From Vicugna vicugna (taxonomy: Eukaryota), in the NCBI GenBank assembly GCA_013265495.1, contig MU058449.1, positions 124,001-188,000 of the forward strand: a stretch of DNA of 64,000 nt. Reading direction: 5' to 3'. Every line of letters begins with the position of its first letter. Positions within the stretch are counted from its first letter, which is position 1. The position numbers and the translations under genes were made by a program. The notes under the pieces were generated by a model. That model did not search any database and was not told the origin of the DNA. It worked only from the letters and a program-made list of their open reading frames with translations. Positions 12,450 to 25,005 of this stretch are shown piece by piece.

Positions 12450-15111
12450 GACTCTATTTCAGAATCTTGAGATCTCTAGGATTTTTTTGCCTTTCCTATT
12501 ATTGGAAGAGAACCTAGTTTTTATACACATACTTTTTTTACACTTACACTTTTTTTTTTCAGAGATAGATGAGATTTTTAATTATTACATAAATCTAGAT
12601 ATTGACTTGAGAAGATAGAGAATCCTTCATTAGAATATTTATTATAGTGTATACAATATATTATATATTTTAATCTGCATGTAGGAATATGCATATTAGA
12701 ATATATAATATTATATTAGAATATGTATAATATATTTTGCAATAAAGAGTGTAAGAGCCAGTGACCTTGGGGAAAGGGATACAGGAAAGAGTGTGATGGG
12801 ACATTTCAGATCCTGTCTGTAAAGGAAGAATAAGTACTACTTTTAGAAAATGTCAAGATAAGTAGACTAAAATAGCCTGGTTCAAACATGGGTGATCTGA
12901 AAAAAGAGGTAGTTTGGAGGTACATTTTGTGTATTCTATACAAAAAAATTAGAATGACATATTTATCATTTTCTCATATCTATGTTTTGTATCTAACTGT
13001 ATTGGAAATGCTGTTGCTCTGTAAGGAAACAAACTTTGGAGAGGAAAATTAGCAAATGTACAGAATTCTAGAAAGCTTACTCCTGAAACTTCAGTCTCCC
13101 TTAGCATATCCATGTATTTTATCATTAGAGGGAAATTGATATGATTAAGACTGCAATAGCAACCAACTAATCTCCTATCAGCTAGTTGAAGCCAGATTCC
13201 CCATCACTCCTTTCCTGCATCCCAAAGGCTGCTGTACACCCACGCAACTAATTTTCTTCTTTTCAGCTTTCTACTGTACCTCCCGATATTTCACCCCGGG
13301 TTTCCATCTTTCCTCCCTTGCTTCTCACATAAAAGAGCTCAGGGCTTTTTTACTTTACGGCATTTTCCTGCTAATCAGGGCAGAAAACCTGGCAAAAGTA
13401 ATGTTATGCACCGATAACAATAGTTTCTTCCTTCAACCTTCTTCGAACTCTTTAAATCTTTATGCTGTTCATTTTGGTTGAACTGTGGTCTACAGTCTAT
13501 TGTTAATGTTATAGATAATTAACTTATTCATCTACTGTTAGTTCTGTGCTATTAAATGGATCTAGTCTGATTATGAGTAGGTGGCCGAAAAAGTTATAAT
13601 GTTCATTGCTCTCTGAAGACTGCTGTTTCTTCTTATTTCTAAGCTGATTCTTCTACTTGAACCTCCTTCCCACATCCTATTTGCTGATTGAAAACTTATG
13701 GAAATAATCAGTCCAGTCTAGATTCTCTCTGTCTCACCGAAGGGACTCTCCATACTGATGTTCTCTCGAGGCAGTGAGCACTCTAAGAATATTCCAGTAA
13801 CTTCAACAGGGAAAAAACTCATCTATCATTTTCACTGGAGAAAGATAATATCAGTTGCCTCCACTTTCATTATCCTCTCCCTAAATGCAGTGTATACAGA
13901 GATGCATTGTCTAAAAATGAAGAGCCAGTGAATCCTCAATGTGAAAAATACGACATATAAGATTTACTGTATTATTTAGAAATATGTATAAGCAATAGAA
14001 GTTGCAGGTAGAGAAATTGACTCTGGCTCTTTTAAGCTAGTAATGGGCATTTAATTGGAAGAATATTAGGGTGGCATTCAGAATTACTCGCAAAATGTTC
14101 AGGCAACAAGGCATTTCCCATGAAACAAGTAGTAAATGTGCATCAATTCTCTTTTAGAGAAACAGGATATACTTCTGCAGCTATGAACCTGAGTCCCGAG
14201 GACACTACTGTACGTCCATTCTGTACATGTTAGTCTTTTCTTTTCGTATCAGTTTTGAATCGTTATAGGATTCAATTTGCTTTGTTTTAATTATTTTTGA
14301 ACCAAGTTGTAGAATCTACATATTAGAGCCTGGATGAGACTGTGCCCTGGATTTGGGGGTTGGGGAGAGCAAAATTCTCCTTTTCGCTTCTTTGGGGGGG
14401 GCGGAACTAATCAAAAACGAAATGGTAAATAATGAGAGATTCCTTCAAATTTGGAGGGATATTTGGATACAGAACAACTCAAAACTAATACACGTCTACT
14501 CCTGCAGCATTTAGTCATTATGCATCTGGTTAGCGATGGTCCTTGGAAAGCTGGACATGAGGGTTCTATTCATTGTTATTTTGGTTTTGGTTGTCTTTCT
14601 CGACATACCACTTATTCTTATGACGTTTGTATATTGTGTGTATTTCATTTAGGGACATAGGTTTCTAGTTACCTTTGCCATTTAGTCTGAAATGGGCATC
14701 ATTCTAAAAAAATGAACTATATATAGGGAAACTGCACCCCATTGAGCACTACAAGGATGTCAAGAAAATAAAAAGTTTGGTGGTGGTAAACATTTAAGTC
14801 ATGTAAAAGATTTCTGTAAAAATGGCAAATGCAATGTATTGCCCTATTTCCAAAAAATTATTAGAAAGGGAGCTACAGTGTTGTTCCCTTGACTGTTATA
14901 AGAAGACAGCCTACAGCAATAAATGTGGGACACAAATTTAGAGGCAATGTGCTAGAAAAAAATTAGGTTGCAGAACTCTTATGTTCAGGAAAAGAAACAG
15001 ATATCTAAATATAAATAAGAAGTTACTGGGATCAAGTTGAGAACCCAAATTTACTCACTTCGTAACAAGTGATGCCATAGTATGATTTTACAATCTATTA
15101 ATCTTTAAGCA

Positions 15112-15262
15112 GCCTGTATCAATAGCACAGGGAACTATATTCAATAGTTTATAGTAACCTGGAATAAAAAAGAATAGGTACATATACATGTATAATTGAA
15201 TCTCTATGCTGTATACCAGAAACTAACACAACAATGTAAATCAACTATGCTTCAATAAAAAA
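15112..15262 (+). mobile_element. L1 3'-end fragment
   Basis: TAGCACAGGGAACTATATTCAATA...GAAACTAACACAACA...TCAACTAT..TTCAATAAAAAA. Confidence 0.8.
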
Positions 15263-16007
15263 TGGGAAAAAATCAGTGGAGATAAACGACAGAATGAGTA
15301 CTGAAAATTACTGATTTTTAAAAATAAATGTACATGTATAGATTTTAATTTTAAATAAAACTCTTAGCATATGCATTCTTTTTTTTATAATTCCTTGCTT
15401 TGAAAAAAAACCTTTTCATTAATAAATCAATAGTTACCTACTGATCCAGTCATACATAAAGATATTTACAGTACAATTTAAGTAAACATAGTGTCTTTCC
15501 AAACAAGTGCAGCTTTGAGACAAGTCTCTTAGTCTCCGTTTTTCCTCTGATCTCTACCACTTGTTTTGCTAAACCTATAACCCTCCTACACAGAAAGATC
15601 TTGAGTTAGTACTGACCTGAAAGCCGGAGGCATGTCTATGCTTTCCTCCGGAGAGATTATCAAGTCAGGACAGTTTAATCCCTAGCATACCCTGAGTTCA
15701 GCCAGGGCAGTAATTGTGTTTCCCCATCAGCTTGTGGTCTTCCCAAAGATGACTACCTGCCAGTCTCTAACCCTCCAAAGCTGTTAATGTAGTCCTTTAA
15801 AAAGCATGTTATTTGTGGAGTCTGGCTATGGTTGATTTATTTAATTTGTGACAGACTTCAATTTCTTACAGTCATAGCAAACATCCTGGTTCAGGCATTA
15901 TTACAAGAATTATACATGAATTAATCTGTTGCATGTTCATGACCATTTAGCAGTTCTTAAGAAGGGCCCCCCAAAATCTAAGCAACACTGAACTTTCAAA
16001 CATCCTG

Positions 16008-16201
16008 GGTTTTTTAAATTTATTTTTAAAATTTTTATTGAAGTATAGTCAGTTTACAATGTTGTGTCAATTTCTGGTGTACAGCATTAGTGTTTCAGTA
16101 ATACATATACACACATATATTCGTTTTCATATTCTTTTTCATTATAGGTTACTACAAGGTATTGAATATAGTTCCCTGTGCTATAAAAAAGAAACCTGTG
16201 G
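16008..16201 (-). mobile_element. Young L1 3'-end fragment with TSD
   Basis: ATTGAAGTATAGTCAGTTTACAATG...TAGTTCCCTGTGCTATA; TSD TCAAACATCCTG at 15996-16007 and 16202-16213. Confidence 0.85.
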
Positions 16202-16719
16202 TCAAACATCCTGTTTATGGATACAGAATTTGTCAATTACTTAACAATTCTGATTTATGAATGGGAAGTGATCGTTTCAGACATTTCATGATGTAAACAT
16301 GGTAATGAAGATGTTGTGATTTTTCTTTCCTTTACTTATATTTTTGCCTGAAATGTAAAAAATATATTAATACCACCACATTTTCAAACATTTTACTAAA
16401 CCTCTTAAAAGGCCCTTTCTCTAGATCTGTCCTCTTCCCCTTCCTTTGTGGGTGGTTTGTGAGCATGTGCGTGACTCTGCATACACCTGTGTGTGTGCGT
16501 GTGTGAGTGGGGTGTCTCCAGAAACACTCTCTGGCCATGGGATCTTCCCCAGCCCTCACCTCAGTCCTCAGTTTCTTCATCTGTGAAACAAGGTTATTGG
16601 ACCTTCTCTGTCAATCTCTCACTCTCTTTCCTCTCTCTTAATTAGCATACCATAAAACTGACTAATGCAGGATGCAGAGCACTTCCCACATCCTAACATA
16701 ACTCCCTCTCACTATGTTT

Positions 16720-16990
16720 TACAGTTACACTCTCCACCCCGAACCCCTGACAATCACGTTTGTTTTTTAAAAAATGTCATATCAAAAATCATGTGACATG
16801 CAGTTTTTTTAAAGATTAACTTCTTTCACTTAGCACAATGCCTTTGAAATTCATTTAAGTTGTTGTGCTTGTCAATAGTTTATTCCCCTTTCATTGTTGA
16901 GAGGTAGTTCTTATATGGATATTCCATTACACGGATATTAACTGTTTTCCTGTCCTTTCCTGTGATAAAAGTTTCCAAGTAATTTTTAAT
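16720..16990 (-). mobile_element. Old L1M fragment
   Basis: CTTCTTTCACTTAGCACAATG..TTTGAAATTCAT..AAGTTGTTGTG...GTAGTTC..ATATGGATAT. Confidence 0.6.
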
Positions 16991-17224
16991 TGGTTGGTGT
17001 GAGCCTCCACTTACATTCCACTTTGACCACCCTTTCCCTGTCTGTTTGTAAGACATTTCCCTCAGCCAGAAATCTCCCACAACCAAATTTTAGATGCCAG
17101 ATCCTCCTATCTTTGTCCCTCTCTTACTCATGCACCTTCTAGAAATCCCATGTTCCTTGGTGTCTCTATATTTTTTATATATATATATAATGCGCTTTCA
17201 TGAGACATCTTCCCCAAGCACTCC

Positions 17225-17410
17225 CTTTATCTGACTCCTTACCGATTCCCTTTAGAGCACTCACTAGCCTTGGCTCCTCTGATAGCCCACCCCAGCCTCT
17301 TGGCATGATTGTCAAACGTTATCACTGCTGAACAGCTGGATCCAAAAGTATTGCTGACAGACAGGGCAAGGGAACAAAACTAGCATAATGAATTGTGATA
17401 GGGATAAGCA
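17225..17410. promoter_or_regulatory. Candidate upstream erythroid element (HS6-like): GATA cluster, CACCC and E-box/GATA composite
   Basis: TTATCT 17227, TGATAG 17280, CCACCC 17287, TTATCA 17319 followed 8 nt later by CAGCTG 17333, TGCTGAC 17352, TGATAG 17396. Confidence 0.45.
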
Positions 17411-19827
17411 CAGGTACTGCCCTTAAGATTAAGCTTCAACTCTATAACTTTAAGTGGGAAATACAGGTATCTGTAAGGGGGCTTGAAAAGCTGAGGTGTG
17501 GAACCTGGCTCCTCACACGAGCTCGGGGTATACCAGTAATAGGATAAAGTCAATTACATAGTCAAATCTTACTGTTACTACTCTGCCCTGAGAGCTTCAA
17601 ACCTTTATCTAATTCATCTTCACAAAAATTCTTAAGCTTTTGTTGTTGTTGTTGTTCTGCCTAGAGCATTGGGCTTTGATTTGAGTAACTTTTCATTACA
17701 GTTCCTAATATACAGATGAAGAGATTGAGACTTAGGTGGGTTCCTTGGACAAGTTAAGCACTTTACCCAAAATCATACATCATGAAATTTAGTAAGATAA
17801 TATCAATACAAAAAGAGTTTTGGTACAAGTGAGGGGAAAGTTTTCTGTCTTTGGTGTTCTGGTCAGATGAAAACAGAATAGTTAGTCCATCTGTCACACT
17901 TTAAAAGGGACCTTGCACACCTGCTGACGACTTGGGTGAGGGGTATAAAACATGAGTTATCAAATCCAAAGGGTATATGAGGGTGGGTGACCCTAAGAAG
18001 AAGGAGATTGGCAAGGCAATGTTTACAAGAATACGTAAGATCCACATCATGCCTGACTGTGTGAATGGGCTGTATGTCTGAACAGTGTGTGAGCAACGTG
18101 TGCCTGTTTGCTCGTTAAGTCCTCCCGTGCGCCTAGAGGTGTCAACTACTTTGTCTGTAGATGTCTGTTTCTCTGTAATCTCCATGCCTGGGCATCTCTG
18201 TCTACTTCCCTGAAGCTCAATGGTTAAGTGTGTATCACAGTAAACATCTAATAAATACCTGAGGGATCATTCAAAATTTACCCATTCACCAAAATTCATT
18301 ATCTAAATTCATTAAGTGTAACAGGTCTTACAATAGGTACTTGAGAAACAAAGGTGAATTAAATATAATCCCTAACTTAAACGGCTGTGTAGCCGAGTTA
18401 GGGAGAAAGATGTGCAAACACAGATTCAATATACGTAGAAATGAGCTATAAAAAATGCAGCATATTCATCAGAAGTTTTGGGGATCATAGAAAGGATGGT
18501 CAGCTCACACTGTCAGAGGCAGATCAGAGTTCACTAATATGGAGTGACTTTAAAAGAGAAAATGTACCAGAAATTCCCTTTCTGTGTCTTATCACATTGT
18601 CATGGTGGAACAGATGAAGACAACAAACACATTTTGAAAGGTGATATTTATGCCGGTTAGATGTTTTAACCTAAACTTGCCTTTGAGTGCTGAAAATGCA
18701 TCCATTAACCTATTATTAAATATGAATTGAGGTAGGAATCTATACCTACAAAAGAACTGGAGAGAGGAAAACAGTTAACGGTGACAAAGGCTTTATAATT
18801 ACAGACAGAAATTGAGAAGGGATTAGAAGAACTAAAGTTTATATAAAGAAAATGAGATGGGTAGATAACAGATCTGTATAAAAGTGGCATTTTGATGAAA
18901 AAATAACAGTTCCTATTCTGTGTTCCTTTATATAAAATAACTAAAATCTATTGTGGGAAGTTACAAGAAGGTACATTTTTAGAGCAATATAGGAAAGACA
19001 TCTTCAACAATTGGAGTTGTCCACTAATGGAACAGACTATCTCATAGATTGCCCACCACTATTAATCTCTGAGAAAAAGCAGCAAAATTATTTACCAGCA
19101 TTTAAATATTCAGGCAAAACGTAGATGATTGTACAAAGCCTCTAAATGTCCTATGAACTCTGAGATTCTCAAATTGTTGGGAACTTTCTTGAACGTTTCT
19201 TATGCAAGTGCATACATTATATGCCAATCAGAAACCTCTGCACATTACTGGGGATTTCCCATTTGTGACTTTGTTCTTGCTGCTTCCTTTAGAAATAGCT
19301 CTTGTTTTTATTTCCCTGACACCCTTTTCCACAGTCTACTTCAAATGAATAAGCACAATATGTTCTCTACTCTTTTAAATTTGCATTGAACCTTATTTCT
19401 ACAGAAGAAACTTTATTCTTCTTTGTAACAAATGATTGGTACTTAGAGTATTTATCCATTGAAAACTAGGAACTAGCTTTCAAAATACTTCTAGATGAAC
19501 CACGTTTTACTGTATGTAGGAAGAAAGGAGGTTTATCTAATGCCAGCCCACAAGTCAATCCATAGAGCAGTGTGCCTGTCCATTGGCATGGTTCCCGAAA
19601 GTTCTGAGTGAGAGTTCTCCTTGGCATTCTGCTCATCACCATGTGGGTATAGGATGAACAGCTTCTCTTGAGAAACATGTAAAGGATCTTTGCGCTTTCC
19701 CTAAATCCATTGGTTGCAAATTTATTTGTCTCACATTTGAACTTTGACCCAGATTTCTGAATAGATTTAAGACAAAAGGCCTCTGCAGTGCCTTTACCAG
19801 TCACGCCCACGGTGACTCGCACCAAGA

Positions 19828-20345
19828 ACCTTCTACTTCAATCTCACAGGCATCCCTAGCCCTCCCTGCCTGGATCCCCAACCCCTCGGTTTCTCTACAC
19901 GTCCCCGTGGGCAGCACGGCCATTCTGGCCAATGTCAGGAAAGATCCTTCCCTGATGAACTGATGTTCCTTTCCACATGGGCTTAAATGCATCTGGTCTT
20001 TAGTTCCACCCATCCTCCCCACAGTTATGGGATCCTGTGTTTCAATGCCACAGAGTTTAGCTTTGAAGCTTATGTCCAATAATGCTTCCTCCTTATATTA
20101 TCCTTTATGGAATCCTCTGTACTGATGGCCAAACCCTTTGACTACCATGTGGGTACCTGCTCCTACCTGCGTTATGCCGCCATCTTTACTGCCAGAGTCA
20201 TCTGCATGGTTAGCATCACAATCATTGGCTGTTACGTCTTCCCTGTTCTTTTCTTCTATGAAGAGCTAACAGCTTTTCACTTCCTGCTCTCACATCTCTC
20301 TCCTTGAAAAAATGTTACTTTTGCCATGCCGTTCTCTGGAAGGGA
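19828..20345 (+). pseudogene. Highly decayed class I olfactory receptor relic (position of human OR51AB1P)
   Basis: FNLTGIP at about 19837 and LSFMESSVLMAKPFDYHVGTCSYLRYAAIFT at about 20100 (degenerate MESSVLLAMAFDRxVAICxPLRY); many frameshifts and stops. Confidence 0.75.
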
Positions 20346-20597
20346 CTTTCTTTTTCTCTTTTCAGAGAAAGACCTATGTTAAACCCTTCACAACATAATT
20401 CCATTCTGTATTCTTTTATTCCTAACTCTACCCATCTGTGATCCTATGTCCTGGCTCCAACTTCTCACACCCTCAATATACACACCAGGATATTTCAAAG
20501 ATAATAACACTAATAACACTCCTTGTAATAGTAATAATAATCTAATTATTCTACTGACTCTATGTACAAGGCATAAACAATATGCTAACTCATTATT

Positions 20598-20703
20598 TAA
20601 AATTTATTTTTCTTTTTCCCTTAACAGAGGCACTGGGGATTGAACACAGGAACTCATGCACACCAAGCACGTGCTCTATCACTAAGCTCTACCCCCAAAC
20701 CCC
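20598..20703 (-). mobile_element. Camelid tRNA-derived SINE
   Basis: GAGGCACTGGGGATTGAACACAGG...TATCACTAAGCT; flanking AACTCATTATT duplication. Confidence 0.75.
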
Positions 20704-21678
20704 AACTCATTATTAATTCTGTGAGTCAGGTACTATTGTCACCCCCTTTCTACAGATGTGGAGACAGAATTACAGAGATACAAAATGATTTTAGATATTA
20801 GCCTGTCTTCTTTTACCCCAGGATTGCAGAAAAGATAATATTACTTTCAATTTAATGTAATGGAAAGAGCTTTTTCAAGAGTTAAAGAAACAAATGTTGA
20901 ATCTTTTTTTCCCCACACCTCCATCACTCTTCCCTTCCTTTTTTCCCTCCCTCTCCATCAGAGCCTCCTCCTCCCCCAAATATCATAAATATATTTGGAA
21001 ATAGTCATGCTAGACAGCTAAGACTGGTTTCCTCCAGGGAGAAGAATGAGATTAGGAAGGTAAGGCTGCATGAGACCTTTCAATTTTTAGTTTATATGTA
21101 TTTGTATTGTTAGAGTACTCTATAAGTAAAATTATTTTCTAGCTATATAAATGTTTGGATATTTTCTTACATATTCTAAGTTATACTTTACTCATTTGGA
21201 AAAGGGGGAGAAATGCTCACTGTGTAGTATATTAATGATTGAAATATTGCATATAAAACTCAGATCAGTAATTGATATGCTGAAGGTGCTTAAATATATA
21301 TATTAATAGGTAACATTTATAAGGTTCTTACTTTATGCTAGTCTCTATAATAAATCTGTTGATGCATTAGATCATTAAGTTCTAATTTAAACACTAGATG
21401 GCAAACACATCCGAATTTCATACTAAAGATCTCCAAATTCATGTAAGTTAAATTGCTCAATGTCATATACATGTTCCAAAGACTGAACTCAAATTGCAGT
21501 TTGTCTAATTTTAGATGCTGTCCTCCTCCACATAACACTATTCTGCTATTTTGAAAATTATTATTATTCTGTGGTTATCATGGGGATACTGAATTACAGA
21601 GAGGATGGAGTTTACGCCCTCAAAAGCATCTCAAAATTAAGCAGTTGACAAGAAACCAGAGACTTGTAGGGTATCTGG

Positions 21679-21697
21679 TGACCACAAGGGGGCGGCA
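21679..21697 (+). promoter_or_regulatory. CTCF motif, probable LCR 5'HS5
   Basis: TGACCACAAGGGGGCGGCA closely matches the CTCF core consensus and lies about 2 kb upstream of HS4. Confidence 0.75.
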
Positions 21698-22064
21698 GAG
21701 TTGTACTTCCACAACCCGGAAAACACATGAAGCCCTGAGCAGTTCCATACTGTTCTACACACTAAGCTTTTTGTTATATTTATGAATGAATGAATGAATG
21801 AATGAGGAAATATGATAGATAGATGGATATATTAATATATACATGAATTAAATGCTTCCCTTCATAATTGTTTCCCTACTGTATAAAAAGCCCTAGTCTC
21901 AGATCTGAGATACATGGTCTTGCTTAATTTATCAGTGTCTACTTTAGAATTTAACATCAAAAGAAGACAAAGTATTTTTTTAAAAAACAATTTCTGATCC
22001 ACAACTCATGCTTCATAGATGATTGGACTAATAAGTTTCAAGAGCATGTTAATTTGGAATGAAC

Positions 22065-22402
22065 AGTATGATACCACTTAAGTGTGAAATCAAAAAATAA
22101 TACAAGTAAGTGTATGTGCAAAACAGAAAGAGACCCACAGACATAGAAAACAAACTAGTGGTTACCAGTGGGGAGAGGGAAGGGGGAGAGACAAATTAGG
22201 TATATGAGATTAAGAGATACAAACTACTATGTATAAAATAGATAAGTAACAAGGATATATTATATAGCACAAAGAGTCAAAGCCATTATCTTGTAATAAC
22301 TTTTAATGAAGTATAATCTGTAAAATGCTGAATCACTACGCTGTACACCTGAAACTAATATTGCAAATCAACTGTACTTCAACAAAAAAGAAAAAGAAAA
22401 AA
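22065..22402 (+). mobile_element. L1 3'-end fragment
   Basis: ACAGACATAGAAAACAAACT..TGGTTACCA...CTGTACACCTGAAACTAATA...TTCAACAAAAAAG. Confidence 0.85.
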
Positions 22403-23659
22403 TGGAGAATGAACACGAATATCTCCTCTTTTCCCTGAATCTGAGATCCCAGCTTCTCAACATTTTCAGCCCCACTCCTACTATGACAGGCCTCATAAGC
22501 AGGCAGGAAAGTTGAACTTGTAGACAGAGAACAGTATGTCAGCCGCCAGAGTCACAGTCCCAAAGCTGAGTCTTCTCTCATTCTGAAGGTGGGTAGAGGT
22601 CATTTTATGCTGACTTCAGGGAACAGGATAAGGACTTAGCTGCAGTTTTGTATGAGAAATAATATTTACCACCAGGCAGTGTTTCATTGTCTGTTTGTTT
22701 ATGGTTTGGGGTCTTTGTTTTTTAGCTTTTGGGGGGTTTTTTGGTTTTTTTTTTTATTTGTTTTTTGGACCACTAGTTCTTTGCAGAGACTTCTACCTGA
22801 TGACAGTTAAACAGGAACTACAGGACCTCAGACTACCTACTCATTCCAATCCAGTTTCCACGGTTATAAGAGCCAAGCTCTCTTTAGTTGTTAAAAACTG
22901 AATTCTGACCTCCATCCCGACCCAGCCCTAGTTACTTTTTTTTTGAACATTAACGATGTATTATTCACTGTTTACTATCCTTCAGTCAGGGTCAGGACAC
23001 AGTCATTAAAATACTCATCTGCAAAGCCTTTCTTTGATTTTCTATACTGTGTCAGGCCTAGGACTAGATGCTGTATATACATCATCACAATAATTTTTTT
23101 AGTTTTATAATATTTATATTATTGACAAAAAACTGAGGTCTAGAGATGATAGGATTTATTTTCTGAACTTGTATGGATGGCTTTCTCTTTTATTCACCAT
23201 AATGTAATCTTCCCAGACACTAACAATTAAAAACTACTGTGAATTCGCACAAACTCTAAGAAAGTTGTTGTGACGTTAAATCTATTATCAATTTGTGGAA
23301 AGAAGATTATTACACTTTTCCTATTGAGCCATTGATGTAAGAGGAACAGAAAAAAAAAATCAAAAGAGCAAATTTTTCAATGATTCCTTTACTTTTATGC
23401 CAAGACAAGCATGCGGACCTAGTAGGATGGCTATTGTCTGTGTCTGGTGTGTGGGGCAAGACAAGGGTTTGGACCAGACAGCCTGTAGTGCAAAGACCTC
23501 ACCATCACTCTGTGAGCAGAGAGCTCTTTGCGGCTCAGGCACACAAAAAGGGATATAGGGTATACAGAGATCTCTAGCACCTCTCCTTTTCTCAGAGGGG
23601 AAATAGTCATAGCCTGAGTTTATGGACTATGAGTCCTTACTCCTCTCTCCCACTCGGCA

Positions 23660-23830
23660 TCCAGGTCAGAATGATAGGGCTTGTCCTGCCCTGGTGCTAG
23701 GCTGACTCACTCCAAGGCCTGGCCATGGGAGGGGCCCTCTCAGGGCTCCGATAACACTATCTGTAGGGCCAGGACCCAGGATGGGCGGCCTCTCCCCCAA
23801 GCCCCTGAGCAGAGTTTGCTTATTTCTGTA
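23660..23830. promoter_or_regulatory. LCR 5'HS4 core
   Basis: AP-1/NF-E2 site GCTGACTCAC (23701-23710) followed about 40-50 bp later by an inverted GATA pair GATAACACTATCT (23750-23762), the HS4 signature. Confidence 0.85.
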
Positions 23831-23852
23831 TTTAAATGGCATATTTATTTTT

Positions 23853-24167
23853 TTCCTCTGCTTTAAAAAAATTTTTTTTAATTGAAGTACAGTCAGTTTA
23901 CAATGTTGTGTCAATTTCTGGTGTACAGCACAATGTTTCAGTCATACATATACATACATATTGTTTTTCATATTCTTCTTCATATAGACTACAAGATACT
24001 GAATATAGTTCCCTGTGCTATACAGTAGAAACTTGTTTATTTATTTTATATATAGTAGTTAGTATCTGCAAATCTCGAACTCCCAATTTATCCCTTCCCA
24101 CTCACTCCCTTCCCCCCTGGTAACCGTTAAGTTTGTTTTCTATGTCTGTGAGTCTGTTTCTGTTTTG
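23853..24167 (-). mobile_element. Young 5'-truncated L1 inserted beside HS4
   Basis: L1 3' end on the minus strand; direct repeat TAAATGGCATATTTATTTTT at 23833-23852 and 24168-24187. Confidence 0.9.
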
Positions 24168-24613
24168 TAAATGGCATATTTATTTTTAAAGAAATAACCA
24201 GGAGCCCCCCAGCCCTGGCTGCAGCCTGGAAACTACCTAAGATGTTGTAGATTCCATCTCTTCCTTCTCCCAGAAGGAGCACAGGTAAAGGCAAAGGGGC
24301 TCAGGGAGAGTGCCAGGGAGAGCAAGTCAGGAGCTTCGAGTCCCAGCCTGGGTATTTCCGTGACAAATTAAATCAGACTTAGAAAGTCCCCACCCTTCTC
24401 TGAGCTTCAATTTCCTCTTCTGTAAACAGCATTTACTCTAGTAAATGGCCCTTTTGCTAAAAGAAAATTTCTGTTGGTCAAATTCATGAACCCCCTCAAC
24501 TCTCAAACCAGGACTGTCCTTGAACCTAACGTGTCTCAATTAACACAGCATCCTCAGGTCCTCTCGTTCAGCCATGAAATTCTCCTGTTTACCCAGGCCC
24601 CCTGGGAACTGGA

Positions 24614-24616
<3 letters not shown>

Positions 24617-24661
<45 letters not shown>
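24617..24661. repeat. (GT)22 microsatellite
   Basis: Read directly from the sequence. Confidence 0.97.
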
Positions 24662-24664
<3 letters not shown>

Positions 24665-24814
24665 GCTCCCGTGAGGAGAAGGGATGCCCCTTCCTGTCCC
24701 TTCTCATACCTCTAGGAAAGAGCTCGACACCCTCCCCACATCACCATCTCCACTAACTCATTTCAAATTTTCAACCCTTTACTGCAGGGGGGTCGTAGGG
24801 AGTAGAGAACCACG

Positions 24815-25005
24815 GTTAAGAGCAGACTCTGGAATCAGACTGCCTGAGTGGCTGAATCCAGCACCTCTTACTAGTTGTATGACTCAGTTCTCCCACCTGT
24901 AAAGCGAGGTTTTAACATCCTCCTAAGATTGTCGTGACATTGACTTAGTTAATATATGAAAAGGGTTTAAAGTAGTGCCTTACAGATGCCAAGTACTCCA
25001 GAAAC
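24815..25005 (+). mobile_element. MIR
   Basis: GGTTAAGAGCAGACTCTGGAATCAGACTGCCTG...GAATCCAGC..CTTACTAGTTGTATGAC. Confidence 0.7.

Noticed and set aside
22600..22632. TGCTGAC half-site plus GGATAA between the CTCF site and HS4
   Set aside because: Imperfect motifs that could occur by chance; insufficient to call an element.
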